NCBI GenBank assembly: GCA_964505635.1
Contig: CAZDIP010000003.1
Span: 79,313 to 143,312, forward strand
DNA: 64,000 nt
Reading direction: 5' to 3'
Source of the DNA: an uncultured Candidatus Saccharibacteria bacterium
Lineage (GTDB): Bacteria; Patescibacteriota; Doudnabacteria; UBA920
Part shown: piece by piece, positions 47,253-57,331 of the stretch
How positions within the stretch are numbered: position 1 is the first letter of the stretch
Layout: each line of letters opens with the position of its first letter
Position numbers and translations under genes: made by a program
Notes under the pieces: model-generated
What the model saw: the letters and a program-made list of their open reading frames with translations, nothing else
Databases searched by the model: none
Told to the model about the DNA's origin: nothing

Positions 47253-48659
47253 ATGAATAAAAAAAATTTTCCGATTATTGCCATTGTCGGCCCGCCCAAT
47301 GCCGGCAAATCCAGCCTGATCAATAAAATTGGCAACAAACCCATTGCTGTCACCTCGGCCGTGGCAGGAACCACCCGCGACCGCCAATATTTGGATTTGG
47401 AATGGAATAAAAAAACTTTTACCCTGGTTGACACGGCCGGATTGGCCTTGGGCATTAACAATGAACTTGAAAGCAATGTGCAAAAACAAATTGACGTAGC
47501 CTTACAGGAAGCAGAAATGCTGGTTTTAGTCGTAGACGGCAAACAGCCATCTTTTGCCTTGGAACAGGCAATATTAAAAAAATTCCGTAAAATCAAAAAA
47601 CCGATTGCCCTGGCAGTTAACAAACTAGACTCCCCGAACAAGCTGGAAGAAAAAACTGCGGAATTTATGCGCTTAGGAATTAAAAACGTATTTCCGATTT
47701 CAGCCGTAACCGGCCGGGGTATTGGCGACTTACTTGACCATATAGCACAACACCTGCCCAAGCAGGCAATTGCTGAAAAACCGGAAACTGCCGAGCAGGA
47801 CAAAACACAGCAAACCATTGCTGTCAGCATTGTCGGAAAGCCCAATGTGGGAAAATCAAGTATTTTTAACCACATTTTAAAAACGGAACGAGCGGTGGTT
47901 TCTTCCATACCGGGAACAACCCGAACCTCGGTAGACGAAAGAGTTAACATTCAAGGCACAGATTACTTGTTTATAGACACCGCGGGCTTAAAAAAGAAAG
48001 AACATCGCCAGGAACAACCCGATATTTTTTCAGGTTTTCAGACATATAAATCCATACGCAAGAGCGATGTCTGCCTGCTCGTAATTGACGCTAATTCTGA
48101 AATTACCAAGCAAGACCAACGCATAGCTCAGGAAATTATTGCCATGGAAAAAGGCTGCGTTATTTTAGCAAATAAAATAGATCTCTATTCACAAACTGAA
48201 AAAAAGGCGCTAAAAAATAAAAAACATCAGGACAAAGGGCTAAGCGATAACCGCTACCAAAATCTGCAAGATTATATAAGCCACCACTTCCCTTTTTTAT
48301 GGATGTGTCCGGTTTATTTTGTATCTGCTTTTACAGGCGAGGGTATTCAAAAAAGCGTTGAGTCGGTAAAAACTATTTTTCAGGCCCGCGGAAGAACAGT
48401 TGACAATCAAACGCTTTCAGAATTCTTAAATCGTATTTTGAAAAAAAACCCGCCCAAACTTCTGCGCGACCAAAAAAAACCCAAAGTCTTCTCGCTAAAG
48501 CAAATAGGCATTAACCCTCCGATTTTTGAACTTAAAGTCAACCACCCGGCAGCTATTTCCAGGCAATTCAGAAAATACCTGGAAAATTCAATTATCCGAG
48601 ATTTGAACTTTTGGGGAACACCCATCAGCTTAAACTTGCTGGGCAAAGACAAAGCTTAA
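47253..48659 (+). CDS. der: ribosome-associated GTPase EngA/Der (tandem GTPase domains)
   Basis: GPPNAGKSSL and GKPNVGKSSI P-loops. Confidence 0.92.
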   Translation: MNKKNFPIIAIVGPPNAGKSSLINKIGNKPIAVTSAVAGTTRDRQYLDLEWNKKTFTLVDTAGLALGINNELESNVQKQIDVALQEAEMLVLVVDGKQPSFALEQAILKKFRKIKKPIALAVNKLDSPNKLEEKTAEFMRLGIKNVFPISAVTGRGIGDLLDHIAQHLPKQAIAEKPETAEQDKTQQTIAVSIVGKPNVGKSSIFNHILKTERAVVSSIPGTTRTSVDERVNIQGTDYLFIDTAGLKKKEHRQEQPDIFSGFQTYKSIRKSDVCLLVIDANSEITKQDQRIAQEIIAMEKGCVILANKIDLYSQTEKKALKNKKHQDKGLSDNRYQNLQDYISHHFPFLWMCPVYFVSAFTGEGIQKSVESVKTIFQARGRTVDNQTLSEFLNRILKKNPPKLLRDQKKPKVFSLKQIGINPPIFELKVNHPAAISRQFRKYLENSIIRDLNFWGTPISLNLLGKDKA

Positions 48660-48700
48660 CGCTTTTTGGACTTTTTATTTTCCTTTAATATAATATTTTT

Positions 48701-49261
48701 ATGAAACTTATAGTCGGTTTAGGCAACCCCGGGGAGAAATATAAACAAACCCGCCACAATGCTGGTTTTATGGCTTTGGATTTTTTACTAAATGACAATG
48801 ACGGATTTATGACCGCCAAGGAAAGCCATGAATTTAAATCTATAATGTATACCTGGCAATCCCAAAACGGTGAAAAAATTATTTTTTTAAAACCGCAGAC
48901 ATATATGAATGATTCCGGGCAGGCTTTAAAAGTAATTTGCAACTTTTATAAAATGAACCTGCCCCAGGAACTATTAGTTGTGCACGACGAGGCGGACTTG
49001 CCGTTCGGCAGCATCCGTTTAGCTCAATCCTCCTCGGCAGCCGGGCATAACGGAGTAAAAAGCATAATTGAAAATTTAGGTACCCAAAATTTCTTCCGCG
49101 TCCGCATTGGCATAGAAACCAGAACAGCTCCCAAAACCCCAAGCACAGACGAATTCGTCCTACAAAACTTTTCACCGGAAGAAGTAGTAAAACTGAACGC
49201 CGAAATTTTGCCCAAAGTTAAAGCCGAAATAGAAAAATTTATCGGCCTGACAAAAAAATAA
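48701..49261 (+). CDS. pth: peptidyl-tRNA hydrolase
   Basis: MKLIVGLGNPGEKYKQTRHNAGF. Confidence 0.92.
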   Translation: MKLIVGLGNPGEKYKQTRHNAGFMALDFLLNDNDGFMTAKESHEFKSIMYTWQSQNGEKIIFLKPQTYMNDSGQALKVICNFYKMNLPQELLVVHDEADLPFGSIRLAQSSSAAGHNGVKSIIENLGTQNFFRVRIGIETRTAPKTPSTDEFVLQNFSPEEVVKLNAEILPKVKAEIEKFIGLTKK

Positions 49262-49269
49262 GCACTATT

Positions 49270-49292
49270 AAATCCCGCCTTTAGCGGGATTT
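49270..49292 (+). terminator. intrinsic terminator after pth
   Basis: AAATCCCGCC-TTTA-GCGGGATTT followed by ACTTTTGC. Confidence 0.65.
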
Positions 49293-49293
49293 A

Positions 49294-49320
49294 CTTTTGC
49301 TTACTACCCTACCTGCAAGT
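49294..49320. repeat. partial third copy of R3
   Basis: CTTTTGCTTACTACCCTACCTGCAAGT. Confidence 0.4.
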
Positions 49321-49519
49321 GAAAGACTGCTGACAAACGCCAACGAATCTTTACTTGGTGCTAATGGCAAGTGTTAGGAGGGATGTCACCTACCTTCGCG
49401 ACTTGCAAATAGGGTGGTAAACAAAATAATTAATTCTTAATATATAATTATACACCCTTTTATGGGTTTTGTCAATCTCTTGTGCTCAATTTCCTTATAA
49501 ATAAGCATAAAATTACAAA

Positions 49520-50617
49520 ATGACTGAAAAAAACGCTCTATATATACATGCTTTTAACCTTCTGCCGGAATTCGGCCCAAGCAGGTTGTTAAAAATTTTT
49601 AAGGGCTTCAAAGAACCCAAAAGTGCTTTTTTTAGCGATTATGAAGGTTTGATTAAAGCCGGAATAGAAGAAAAAGTTGCTGAAAGTTTTTTAAATTTTA
49701 GGGATAAAATTAACCTGCAAAATGAAGCTGACAAACTGAATCAAGCGGGTATTCAACTTTTAAGCTTTGAGGATGAAAATTATCCGAAACTACTGTTGGA
49801 AATTCCCAGATTTCCTCCCCTGCTTTATTTTCGAGGTAAGATGGATGCAAATGAAGAATTATGTATTGCTGTTGTCGGCAGCCGGAAAATTACCGCATAT
49901 GGGCTGACAATAATTCCCGATTTGATTGGACCGCTGGTTGAGGCCGGCGTAACCATAGTCTCCGGCCTGGCTTTTGGAGCTGACAGCGAAGCTCACAAGC
50001 AGGCTACCAAAAAAAATAAAAGGACTGTGGCTGTTTTGGGCGGCGGCATAGACGACCCCTCTATATATCCAAAACATCACCAACTACTGGCTCAGGAAAT
50101 ACTGGCTGCCGGCGGCGCTCTTTTAAGCGAATACCCCATGGGCACGCCGAACTTTAAACAAAATTTTGTTGCCCGCAACCGAATTATTTCCGGCCTTAGC
50201 CTCGGGACTGTTGTTACTGAATGCAATTTAAGCAGCGGCTCCTTAATTACCGCAAAATACGCCCTTGAACAAAATCGCCAAGTCTATGCCGTACCCGGAC
50301 CGATTTACGCCGAAATGTCAAAAGGGCCAAACAATCTAATTAAAATGGGAGCCAAACTCATAACCGAAACTAATGACATTTTAGAAGATTTAAATTTAAC
50401 CAAACTGCCTAAACAACAGGAAATTCAAAACAGCTTCAGTGACACCCCGACAGAAACCGCAATTTTAAAATTGTTAACCAAGGAACCGATGAATGCTAAT
50501 ATAATAATAAAATCCCTAAGTCTTGATGCCGGGGAAATAAGTTCGGCTTTGACTTTTTTGGAAATGAAAGGTAAAGTAAGAAACTTGGGCGGGCAACAAT
50601 ATATCCTATCAAGGTAA
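49520..50617 (+). CDS. dprA: DNA processing protein DprA/Smf
   Basis: GSRKITAYG...SGLAFGADSEAH...RNRIISGLS. Confidence 0.9.
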   Translation: MTEKNALYIHAFNLLPEFGPSRLLKIFKGFKEPKSAFFSDYEGLIKAGIEEKVAESFLNFRDKINLQNEADKLNQAGIQLLSFEDENYPKLLLEIPRFPPLLYFRGKMDANEELCIAVVGSRKITAYGLTIIPDLIGPLVEAGVTIVSGLAFGADSEAHKQATKKNKRTVAVLGGGIDDPSIYPKHHQLLAQEILAAGGALLSEYPMGTPNFKQNFVARNRIISGLSLGTVVTECNLSSGSLITAKYALEQNRQVYAVPGPIYAEMSKGPNNLIKMGAKLITETNDILEDLNLTKLPKQQEIQNSFSDTPTETAILKLLTKEPMNANIIIKSLSLDAGEISSALTFLEMKGKVRNLGGQQYILSR

Positions 50618-50638
50618 CTAATATTCTTAATCTAATAT

Positions 50639-51976
50639 ATGAACGGATTTTGGAAGATAATAATCGGCGTACTTTTGGGAGCGGCTGTTTTACTGGGCTT
50701 GCTCCAAAGAAGCCGCGACCCTTATGTTAACGAGCCCATTGGTTATATGGGCGTAACCGACGGTCAATTAAAAGACTACTACCAAAAAGCCCGGCAACTA
50801 AAACAGGATAGCCTACCGCAAAAAACAGCGGTCAATTTTTTAGCTGTTGGCGACATAATGCTTTCCAGAAAAGTTGCTAAAGCCATGGACAATAACAATG
50901 ACTGGCTGCTGCCTTATTCAAAAACCGAAGAATTGTTAAATAATTCCGACTTTGTATTTGGCAATTTAGAATCGCCATTTAACGGCAGTGAATATTATAA
51001 TCCGGGAGAAACTTTAATTTTTAACGCGCCCCTTAAAACTATTGAGGGACTAAAGCTAAATAACTTTCAAGTACTTCAATTGGCTAACAATCACGCGCTT
51101 GACCAAGGCATAAAGGGCTTGCGTTATACGGAAAATTTGTTGGACGAATTTAATATTCAGCACATAGGCACTGGCAGCACCACAACCGAGGCTTTTAAGC
51201 CGGCAATTATAGAGAAAAATGGGATTAAAATTTGTTTTATTGGCGCTTCCTACGCTTCTGTAAACGACGGCGGCAAAGCTCACAATACTTTTGTCGCCAG
51301 AATAGAAGAGATTGAAAATTTAAAATTGGAAATTGAAAACTCAAAGTCATACTGCGACTTTGTGGTTGTAAGTATGCACGCGGGTACGGAGTATACTTAT
51401 AAGCCAAACAAAGCGCAAATTAATTTTGCGCATGCTGCGATTGACTTTGGCGCGGATATGGTAATTGGCCATCACCCTCACTGGATACAAACAATAGAAA
51501 GGTATTGTCCCAATACCTTAACATTATCTGCTTCTCCCCTTGTGGGAGAAGGTGTCCCCACAAAAGGAGGGACGGATGAGGGGACAAATAAACAGTGTAC
51601 AAACCCTAAATACATATTCTACAGTTTGGGCAATTTTATTTTTGACCAAATGTGGAGTAAAGAAACTACAGAGGGACTTACTTTAAAAATAACAATCTCA
51701 AAAAATGCGTGTCACCCCGAAAACTTGAGTTCATCCGAGAGTTATCCGGGATCCAGCGCTTCTAATCTGGATTCCGACTTCCGCCAGAGGCGGACAGGCA
51801 TGGCCGGAATGACATGCGGCAATAACCTCCAAGGGCCAAAAACCCCGGCTACTTTAGACCAAATTGAGCTTATTCCGATAATTATAGAAAACTACTCCAC
51901 CCCCCGCCCGGCAACAGAACAAGAAACAAAAAATATTCTAAACAAAATTGGAGAAAAAAATAATATTTTAAAGTAG
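50639..51976 (+). CDS. CapA/PGA_cap-family metallophosphoesterase-like membrane protein
   Basis: VGDIMLSR, GNLE, HHPHW. Confidence 0.75.
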   Translation: MNGFWKIIIGVLLGAAVLLGLLQRSRDPYVNEPIGYMGVTDGQLKDYYQKARQLKQDSLPQKTAVNFLAVGDIMLSRKVAKAMDNNNDWLLPYSKTEELLNNSDFVFGNLESPFNGSEYYNPGETLIFNAPLKTIEGLKLNNFQVLQLANNHALDQGIKGLRYTENLLDEFNIQHIGTGSTTTEAFKPAIIEKNGIKICFIGASYASVNDGGKAHNTFVARIEEIENLKLEIENSKSYCDFVVVSMHAGTEYTYKPNKAQINFAHAAIDFGADMVIGHHPHWIQTIERYCPNTLTLSASPLVGEGVPTKGGTDEGTNKQCTNPKYIFYSLGNFIFDQMWSKETTEGLTLKITISKNACHPENLSSSESYPGSSASNLDSDFRQRRTGMAGMTCGNNLQGPKTPATLDQIELIPIIIENYSTPRPATEQETKNILNKIGEKNNILK

Positions 51977-52015
51977 AAGCTGGCTTCGGCACACAGTACC
52001 AAAGCCAGCCTAGGG

Positions 52016-52141
52016 TTAAAATGAGACGGCCTTTGCCACGCCCTCGAGAAAGGGCAAGAAAATACGCCATCCCGTTTCCGTAAACAGAAAGAAACAAACC
52101 GCCGCCAGCACGGCGGCGGCCTTCAGCAGATTCAATTTCAT
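52016..52141 (-). CDS. small hydrophobic peptide (41 aa) with a strong SD
   Basis: AAGGAGGcagatATG. MKLNLLKAAAVLAAVCFFLFTETGWRIFLPFLEGVAKAVSF. Confidence 0.4.
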   Translation of the reverse strand: MKLNLLKAAAVLAAVCFFLFTETGWRIFLPFLEGVAKAVSF

Positions 52142-52307
52142 ATCTGCCTCCTTGCAAAGAAATATATTATAAATTTGTTGAAATATCAAATATAAACTTC
52201 TGTAGTTTTCCGTAGTGGAATTTTTAGCTTCTGCATCTTTGTTTGACAAATAATAATTAAATCAGTAAAATCACTTTTGTATTCACTCGTCATTCATAAT
52301 TCTTTAA

Positions 52308-54614
52308 ATGTCCAAACCTCTTATAATAGTTGAATCCCCTACCAAAGCTAAAACCATTAGCCGTTTTCTGGGCGGGCATTATACCGTAAAAGCGAGCATG
52401 GGACATGTTCGGGACTTGCCCAAGAGTAAAATCAGCATAGATGTAAAAAATAATTTTGAGCCTACTTATATAATTCCTCCCAAGGCCAAAGAAGTAATTA
52501 CGGAACTTAAAAAAGACGCTAAAGCAGCGCCCTCTATAATACTCGCGACTGATGAAGACCGCGAAGGCGAGGCTATTTCGTGGCATCTTGTGCAGGCACT
52601 TGGCCTTGGCGATGAAGAGCAAATTGCCAAAGGAAAAGAAGATGCCCGCATAAAACGCATAGTTTTTCACGAAATTACCAAAACTGCCATTGAAAACGCG
52701 CTTAAACACCCGAGGGATTTGGATTTAAATCTTGTGGATGCCCAACAGGCGCGCAGAGTTTTAGACCGCCTTGTAGGCTACGAACTCTCCCCTTTCTTAT
52801 GGCGCAAAATCCGCTACGGTCTTTCCGCCGGACGCGTGCAAAGCGTTGCTGTACGTTTGGTAGTGGAACGCGAACGGGAAATTCAAAAATTTAAAAGCGA
52901 AGAATACTGGAGCATAGAAGCTTCTCTTTCTAAAAAAGACGATGAAAAAACTTTTGTTGGCAAACTCCACAAAATTGGTGAAAAGAGCGTTGGTAAAATG
53001 GATATTAAAAGTGAAGCTGATGCCAAAAAAATTGTTGCGGATTTAGCAGGCGCTGAATATAAAATTACTGACATACAACAAAAAGAAGTAAAAAGAAATC
53101 CTAGCGCTCCGTTTACCACTTCTACCTTGCAGCAGGAAGCTGCTAGAAAATTAGGTATGTCCGCCAAACAAACTATGATGGTCGCCCAAAGGCTTTATGA
53201 AGGCATAGAATTAGGCGAAGAAGGCCATGTGGGGCTTATTACCTATATGCGCACGGACAGTTTAAATTTGGCCGTTTCCGCCCAAACCGCCATAGCGGAA
53301 TTAATTAAAACTCACTTCGGCAAGGAATACGCGCTTACAGAGCCTCGCCATTTCACTAACAAGTCCAAAGGCGCGCAGGAAGCCCACGAAGCCATACGTC
53401 CTACAGACGTGACCAAAAAACCCGAGGACGTAAAAAAATATTTAGACAGAAGCCAGTTTAAGATTTATGAACTAATTTGGAAACGCACTATAGCCTGCCA
53501 AATGACTCCGGCTGTCTTAGAACAAACAGCAGTTGATATTTTAGCAAAAGATAATTACACCTTTAGGGCGAATGGGCAGATAATTAAATTTGACGGCTTT
53601 ATTCGCGCCTACACCGAAGGCCAGGATGAAAAAGCGGAAGATGAAATAGAAGGCGTTCTGCCGGAATTAAAATTGGAAGAATTACTAAAACTGCACGAGC
53701 TATTGCCCCTCCAGCATTTTACCGAACCTCCGGCCCGCTACACTGACGCGACTTTAATTAAAGCCTTAGAAGCTCACGGCGTGGGCAGGCCTTCTACTTA
53801 CGCCCCTACCCTCTCAACCATTCAAGAACGCGGATACGTAACCAAAGAAGAAAAAAAATATAAGCCAACGGAAGAAGGCTTTATGGTTAACGATATGCTG
53901 GTAGAAAATTTCCCTGAAATCGTGGACATAAATTTTACTTCGCATATAGAAGAAGAACTAGACCATATTGCCGAGGGCAAAATCAAATGGACCGAGGTCA
54001 TGCACGAATTTTACGGCCCTTTTAAGCAGCACTTAACAGAAAAAGAAGAAAGCGTGCAAAAGGAAATAATTGTTTCAGAAACACCGTGCCCCCACTGCGG
54101 AAAAATGATGCTAATTAAATTCGGGCGCACCGGAAAATTTTTAGCCTGCCCGGAGGAAGGAAGCAAAGTAACCAAGCCTATGCCCGAAGAAGAAGCCCAG
54201 ATTAAAGCTTTAGAAGAAAAAACCAAAGGCGAAATGTGCCCTATTTGCGGCAAGGAAATGAAAGTTAAAAAGGGACGTTTTGGCTTTTTCTTAGGCTGCG
54301 TGGACTACCCAAAGTGCAAAGGCATAAGCAAAATTTGGAATAAAACCGGCTTTAAGTGCCCTGCATGTCTAGAATCTAAAGACCGTAAAGATAAACCGGG
54401 TGATGTGGTAGAACGCAAATCCCGCGGCCGGGGAAAACCTTTCTATGCCTGCAACCGCTTCCCTGACTGTAACTTTATAATGAATAAAAAACCAGAGTCA
54501 GAAGCAGACCTAAAAGAAGTTTTAAAATATTGGAAAGAAAATCCGCCGAAACAAAAAAAAGATTATAAGTCCCGCAAAGCCGGATCCGGCGCCGCCGGAA
54601 AGAAAACAGAATAA
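52308..54614 (+). CDS. topA: DNA topoisomerase I with C-terminal zinc ribbons
   Basis: 768 aa. TOPRIM IIVESPTKAK. Multiple C-terminal CxxC pairs. Confidence 0.95.
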   Translation: MSKPLIIVESPTKAKTISRFLGGHYTVKASMGHVRDLPKSKISIDVKNNFEPTYIIPPKAKEVITELKKDAKAAPSIILATDEDREGEAISWHLVQALGLGDEEQIAKGKEDARIKRIVFHEITKTAIENALKHPRDLDLNLVDAQQARRVLDRLVGYELSPFLWRKIRYGLSAGRVQSVAVRLVVEREREIQKFKSEEYWSIEASLSKKDDEKTFVGKLHKIGEKSVGKMDIKSEADAKKIVADLAGAEYKITDIQQKEVKRNPSAPFTTSTLQQEAARKLGMSAKQTMMVAQRLYEGIELGEEGHVGLITYMRTDSLNLAVSAQTAIAELIKTHFGKEYALTEPRHFTNKSKGAQEAHEAIRPTDVTKKPEDVKKYLDRSQFKIYELIWKRTIACQMTPAVLEQTAVDILAKDNYTFRANGQIIKFDGFIRAYTEGQDEKAEDEIEGVLPELKLEELLKLHELLPLQHFTEPPARYTDATLIKALEAHGVGRPSTYAPTLSTIQERGYVTKEEKKYKPTEEGFMVNDMLVENFPEIVDINFTSHIEEELDHIAEGKIKWTEVMHEFYGPFKQHLTEKEESVQKEIIVSETPCPHCGKMMLIKFGRTGKFLACPEEGSKVTKPMPEEEAQIKALEEKTKGEMCPICGKEMKVKKGRFGFFLGCVDYPKCKGISKIWNKTGFKCPACLESKDRKDKPGDVVERKSRGRGKPFYACNRFPDCNFIMNKKPESEADLKEVLKYWKENPPKQKKDYKSRKAGSGAAGKKTE

Positions 54615-54836
54615 TTGAAAAGCCTGCCCCGCACCGAAGCTTCAGCTTCTGGTGCGGGGACAACCCACCGAAACCAAAAAAAACCGTACAAGAAAAAAAC
54701 TGCCGAATAGGTGGTTTTTTTATAACCTAATATCGCCTTCTCTGGCGTCTAGATCCGTAGCATAAAGTTGGGCACTGGCGCTGTAGTGTTTTCTTTAAAA
54801 CGAACAAAAGTGGGGAAGTATAAGTGACACCAAAGT

Positions 54837-54875
54837 GTCATCCCGGGCGAGTCGGCGAGACCCGGGATCCAGAAT
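54837..54875. repeat. R2 hairpin element, copy 2
   Basis: GTCAT-CCCGGG-cgagtcggcgaga-CCCGGG-ATCCAGAAT. Confidence 0.5.
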
Positions 54876-54888
54876 AATTAAACAAAAG

Positions 54889-54925
54889 AAAAAGCGAGAA
54901 TGGTTTTCACCAAACTCGCTTTTTT
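54889..54925. terminator. bidirectional terminator between topA and the DHS-like gene
   Basis: AAAAAGCGAG...CTCGCTTTTTT. Confidence 0.65.
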
Positions 54926-54937
54926 GATGTAGAGATT

Positions 54938-56038
54938 TTACAGGTCTAATAGTATTGCCGCGATCCAAGGAAAAACCACTGTGGCGTCGCTTTGAATTAT
55001 TTGGTAGTAGCTTTTAGTAGAAAGTTTATCCCAAGTAATTTTTTCTTTTCCTCCAGCGCCGGAGTAAGAGCCGTAAGACATAGGTGAGGAGCCTATTTCT
55101 ATAAACCCGGCCCAGTCGCGAACATTGTGGTGGCGAAGGTCGTGCTTTATAGAAGGCACTACGCAAATAGGAAAGTCGGCCGCAATGCCGCCGCCAAGCT
55201 GTAAGAAAGCAATTGGAGAATTTTTAGACTCTTTAATATACCAGTCGTACATTAAGTGAAAGTATTCTAAACCACTTTTCATAACCTGACCGTCTAAAAA
55301 TACATCGTTCTTACCCTTTAGACTGCCTGAGTAAGTGTAAGAAGCAAAAATATTTCCCATGGTGGAGTCTTCAAAACCGGGAATTACAATAGGAATGTCT
55401 TTTTCGTAAGCCGCATAGGTCCAGCTGTCGAGCGGGTTAGCTTTTTTGTCTGGCTTGATTAATTTTTCTTTGTAAAGCCTTCTAAAATATTCGTGGGGGA
55501 AGTAGCGTTCTTTTTTCTTTTCGGCCTCCTGCCACATCTTTAAAAGATGCGGCTCCATAATTCTTACGCTTTCGTCTTCCGGTAAAAAGGTGTCGGTAAT
55601 TCTCCGTAGCCCAGCGTCCCTAAGTTCTGCTTCTTGCTCGGGCGTAAGTTCGGTATAACGAGGAATATAAGCGTAGTGTGAATGAGCAACATAACGGTAA
55701 TAGCTTTCTTCGTGGTTAGCGCCGGTGGCAGAAACTAAGTGAACTTTGTTTTTCCTAATTAATTCTGCCAGCATAACGCCCACTTGGAAAGAGGAAAGCG
55801 CCCCGGCTATGGTAACTACTAATTTACCGCCATTTTTTAAATGTTCCTTAAGCCACAAAGCGGACTGAAGGGCAGCCCCGGCGTTTAAGTGGTTTAAAGT
55901 TCTTTCCGCGTAGGCGGAAACCGGCCGACCCGCACCTTTTACATGAGCGGTTATACTGCCTGTAGTTTTGCTGTTTGGTTCTTCGTGTATAAGTTTTTGC
56001 AAACCTTTGGAAAGTTTACCTATTTTTTTAGTGTCCAT
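54938..56038 (-). CDS. deoxyhypusine synthase-like protein (candidate homospermidine synthase)
   Basis: Collinear with DHS: VVTIAGA, IPGFEDSTMGNIF, LQLGGGIAADF. Confidence 0.8.
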   Translation of the reverse strand: MDTKKIGKLSKGLQKLIHEEPNSKTTGSITAHVKGAGRPVSAYAERTLNHLNAGAALQSALWLKEHLKNGGKLVVTIAGALSSFQVGVMLAELIRKNKVHLVSATGANHEESYYRYVAHSHYAYIPRYTELTPEQEAELRDAGLRRITDTFLPEDESVRIMEPHLLKMWQEAEKKKERYFPHEYFRRLYKEKLIKPDKKANPLDSWTYAAYEKDIPIVIPGFEDSTMGNIFASYTYSGSLKGKNDVFLDGQVMKSGLEYFHLMYDWYIKESKNSPIAFLQLGGGIAADFPICVVPSIKHDLRHHNVRDWAGFIEIGSSPMSYGSYSGAGGKEKITWDKLSTKSYYQIIQSDATVVFPWIAAILLDL

Positions 56039-56050
56039 AAATATTTTTTA

Positions 56051-56117
56051 CCATACCGAGTGCACCCGAGGTATCCCTTAAATTAATTAAAGGGATTCTT
56101 CGCTACGCTCTGAATGG
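56051..56117 (-). repeat. R1 leader repeat, copy B (minimal 67-nt form). Starts 13 nt upstream of the DHS-like ATG.
   Basis: CCATACCGAGTGCACCCGAGGTATCCCTTAAATTAATTAAAGGGATTCTTCGCTACGCTCTGAATGG. Confidence 0.6.
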
Positions 56118-56260
56118 TGGTTTGTTTCCCCGCGAATTCCTGTCTTTCAAGTTCGAGCGGCTTAATTACAAAATAATTTTAACAAATAAGATTTGTGTGT
56201 CAATCTAAATACTAAAGTAGCGGCTGTTGCCTCTCGACTTTGTTCGAGACATTCGCCAGC

Positions 56261-57301
56261 TTAGGCTGGCTGCTGCTGGGTCATGCAGTGAACTGCTCCC
56301 CCGCCGTAAATCAAATCACGGCAGTCTATAGGAACAATTTTTCTGTCAGGGAAACACTCTTGGAGAATTTTCAAAGCCTTCTCGTCATTCGGGTCATTGT
56401 AAACCGCAGCCAGCACTACGTTGTTACCTATGTAAAAATTTGTATATGACACGGGGGCTTTAGCATCTTGCCCTGAAATTCCCGCAGCTGTCCCTGTAAA
56501 TTGCATATGCGGCATGGGTAATTTTACTAATTCAAAAGGCTTGCCTTCCAAGTTAGTCGCGGCCTCTAAAGTTTCGTAATTATTTTTTAATATAACGTGG
56601 TTTTCGTCTTTTTCGTCCTCCTCATAAGCACAAACTATTTTGTTTGGAGCGACGAACCTGGCAAGGTCGTCTATATGACCGTCAGTGTGGTCGTTAACTA
56701 TCCCCCTAAATAGCCATATGGTTTTTTTTATGCCCAAATATTTATTTAAATGCTCTTCTATATCTTTTTTTGTTTTGCCGTAATTCCGGTTTTCATTAAG
56801 CACGCACTGCTCGGTGGTTAAACATAGTCCCTGACCGTTTACATCTATTGCGCCGCCTTCAAGGACTAATTCAGGCTGCTCCATAGGCAGGTTAAGCCAC
56901 TCTTTTATTTTGTAGGGCAGTTTGTCGTCTGGCAAAAGGTCCAAAAATTTACCACCCCACATATTAAAAATCCATTTTATTAAAACTGGATTTCCTTGTT
57001 CGTCTTTTACCCACATGGGCCCACAGTCGCGCATCCAGCCGTCCATATATTCGGCAAAGCGAAAAGTTACTTTGCTTAAATCTACTTTGTATTCCGAAAG
57101 CTTGTTTTCCGCCTGCGCCTTCATTTCTGGGTTTAATACAAAAAGTTCCACCTGCTCATAGAGGTGGATGGCGGAAATTATTTTAGCTACGTCGTCCTGG
57201 ACTTTAGGGACACGGCCGGGAAAAGAAATTTCGTCGTGGGGCCAGGAAAGCCAAATGGCTTTGTGCTGTGCCCATTCTGGGGGCATGGTGTAGATTGGCA
57301 T
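56261..57301 (-). CDS. aguA: agmatine deiminase
   Basis: MPIYTMPPEWAQHKAIWLSWPH. Porphyromonas-type peptidylarginine deiminase fold. Confidence 0.9.
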   Translation of the reverse strand: MPIYTMPPEWAQHKAIWLSWPHDEISFPGRVPKVQDDVAKIISAIHLYEQVELFVLNPEMKAQAENKLSEYKVDLSKVTFRFAEYMDGWMRDCGPMWVKDEQGNPVLIKWIFNMWGGKFLDLLPDDKLPYKIKEWLNLPMEQPELVLEGGAIDVNGQGLCLTTEQCVLNENRNYGKTKKDIEEHLNKYLGIKKTIWLFRGIVNDHTDGHIDDLARFVAPNKIVCAYEEDEKDENHVILKNNYETLEAATNLEGKPFELVKLPMPHMQFTGTAAGISGQDAKAPVSYTNFYIGNNVVLAAVYNDPNDEKALKILQECFPDRKIVPIDCRDLIYGGGAVHCMTQQQPA

Positions 57302-57331
57302 GAATTAAAAAAATTAAATGAATGACAAAAA

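Noticed and set aside
54861-54870. CCCGGGATCC (SmaI/BamHI-like) string resembling a cloning polylinker
   Set aside because: It lies within the R2 palindrome, which has a native second copy with different arms (TCCGGA). There are no vector-like flanks, so this is not vector contamination.
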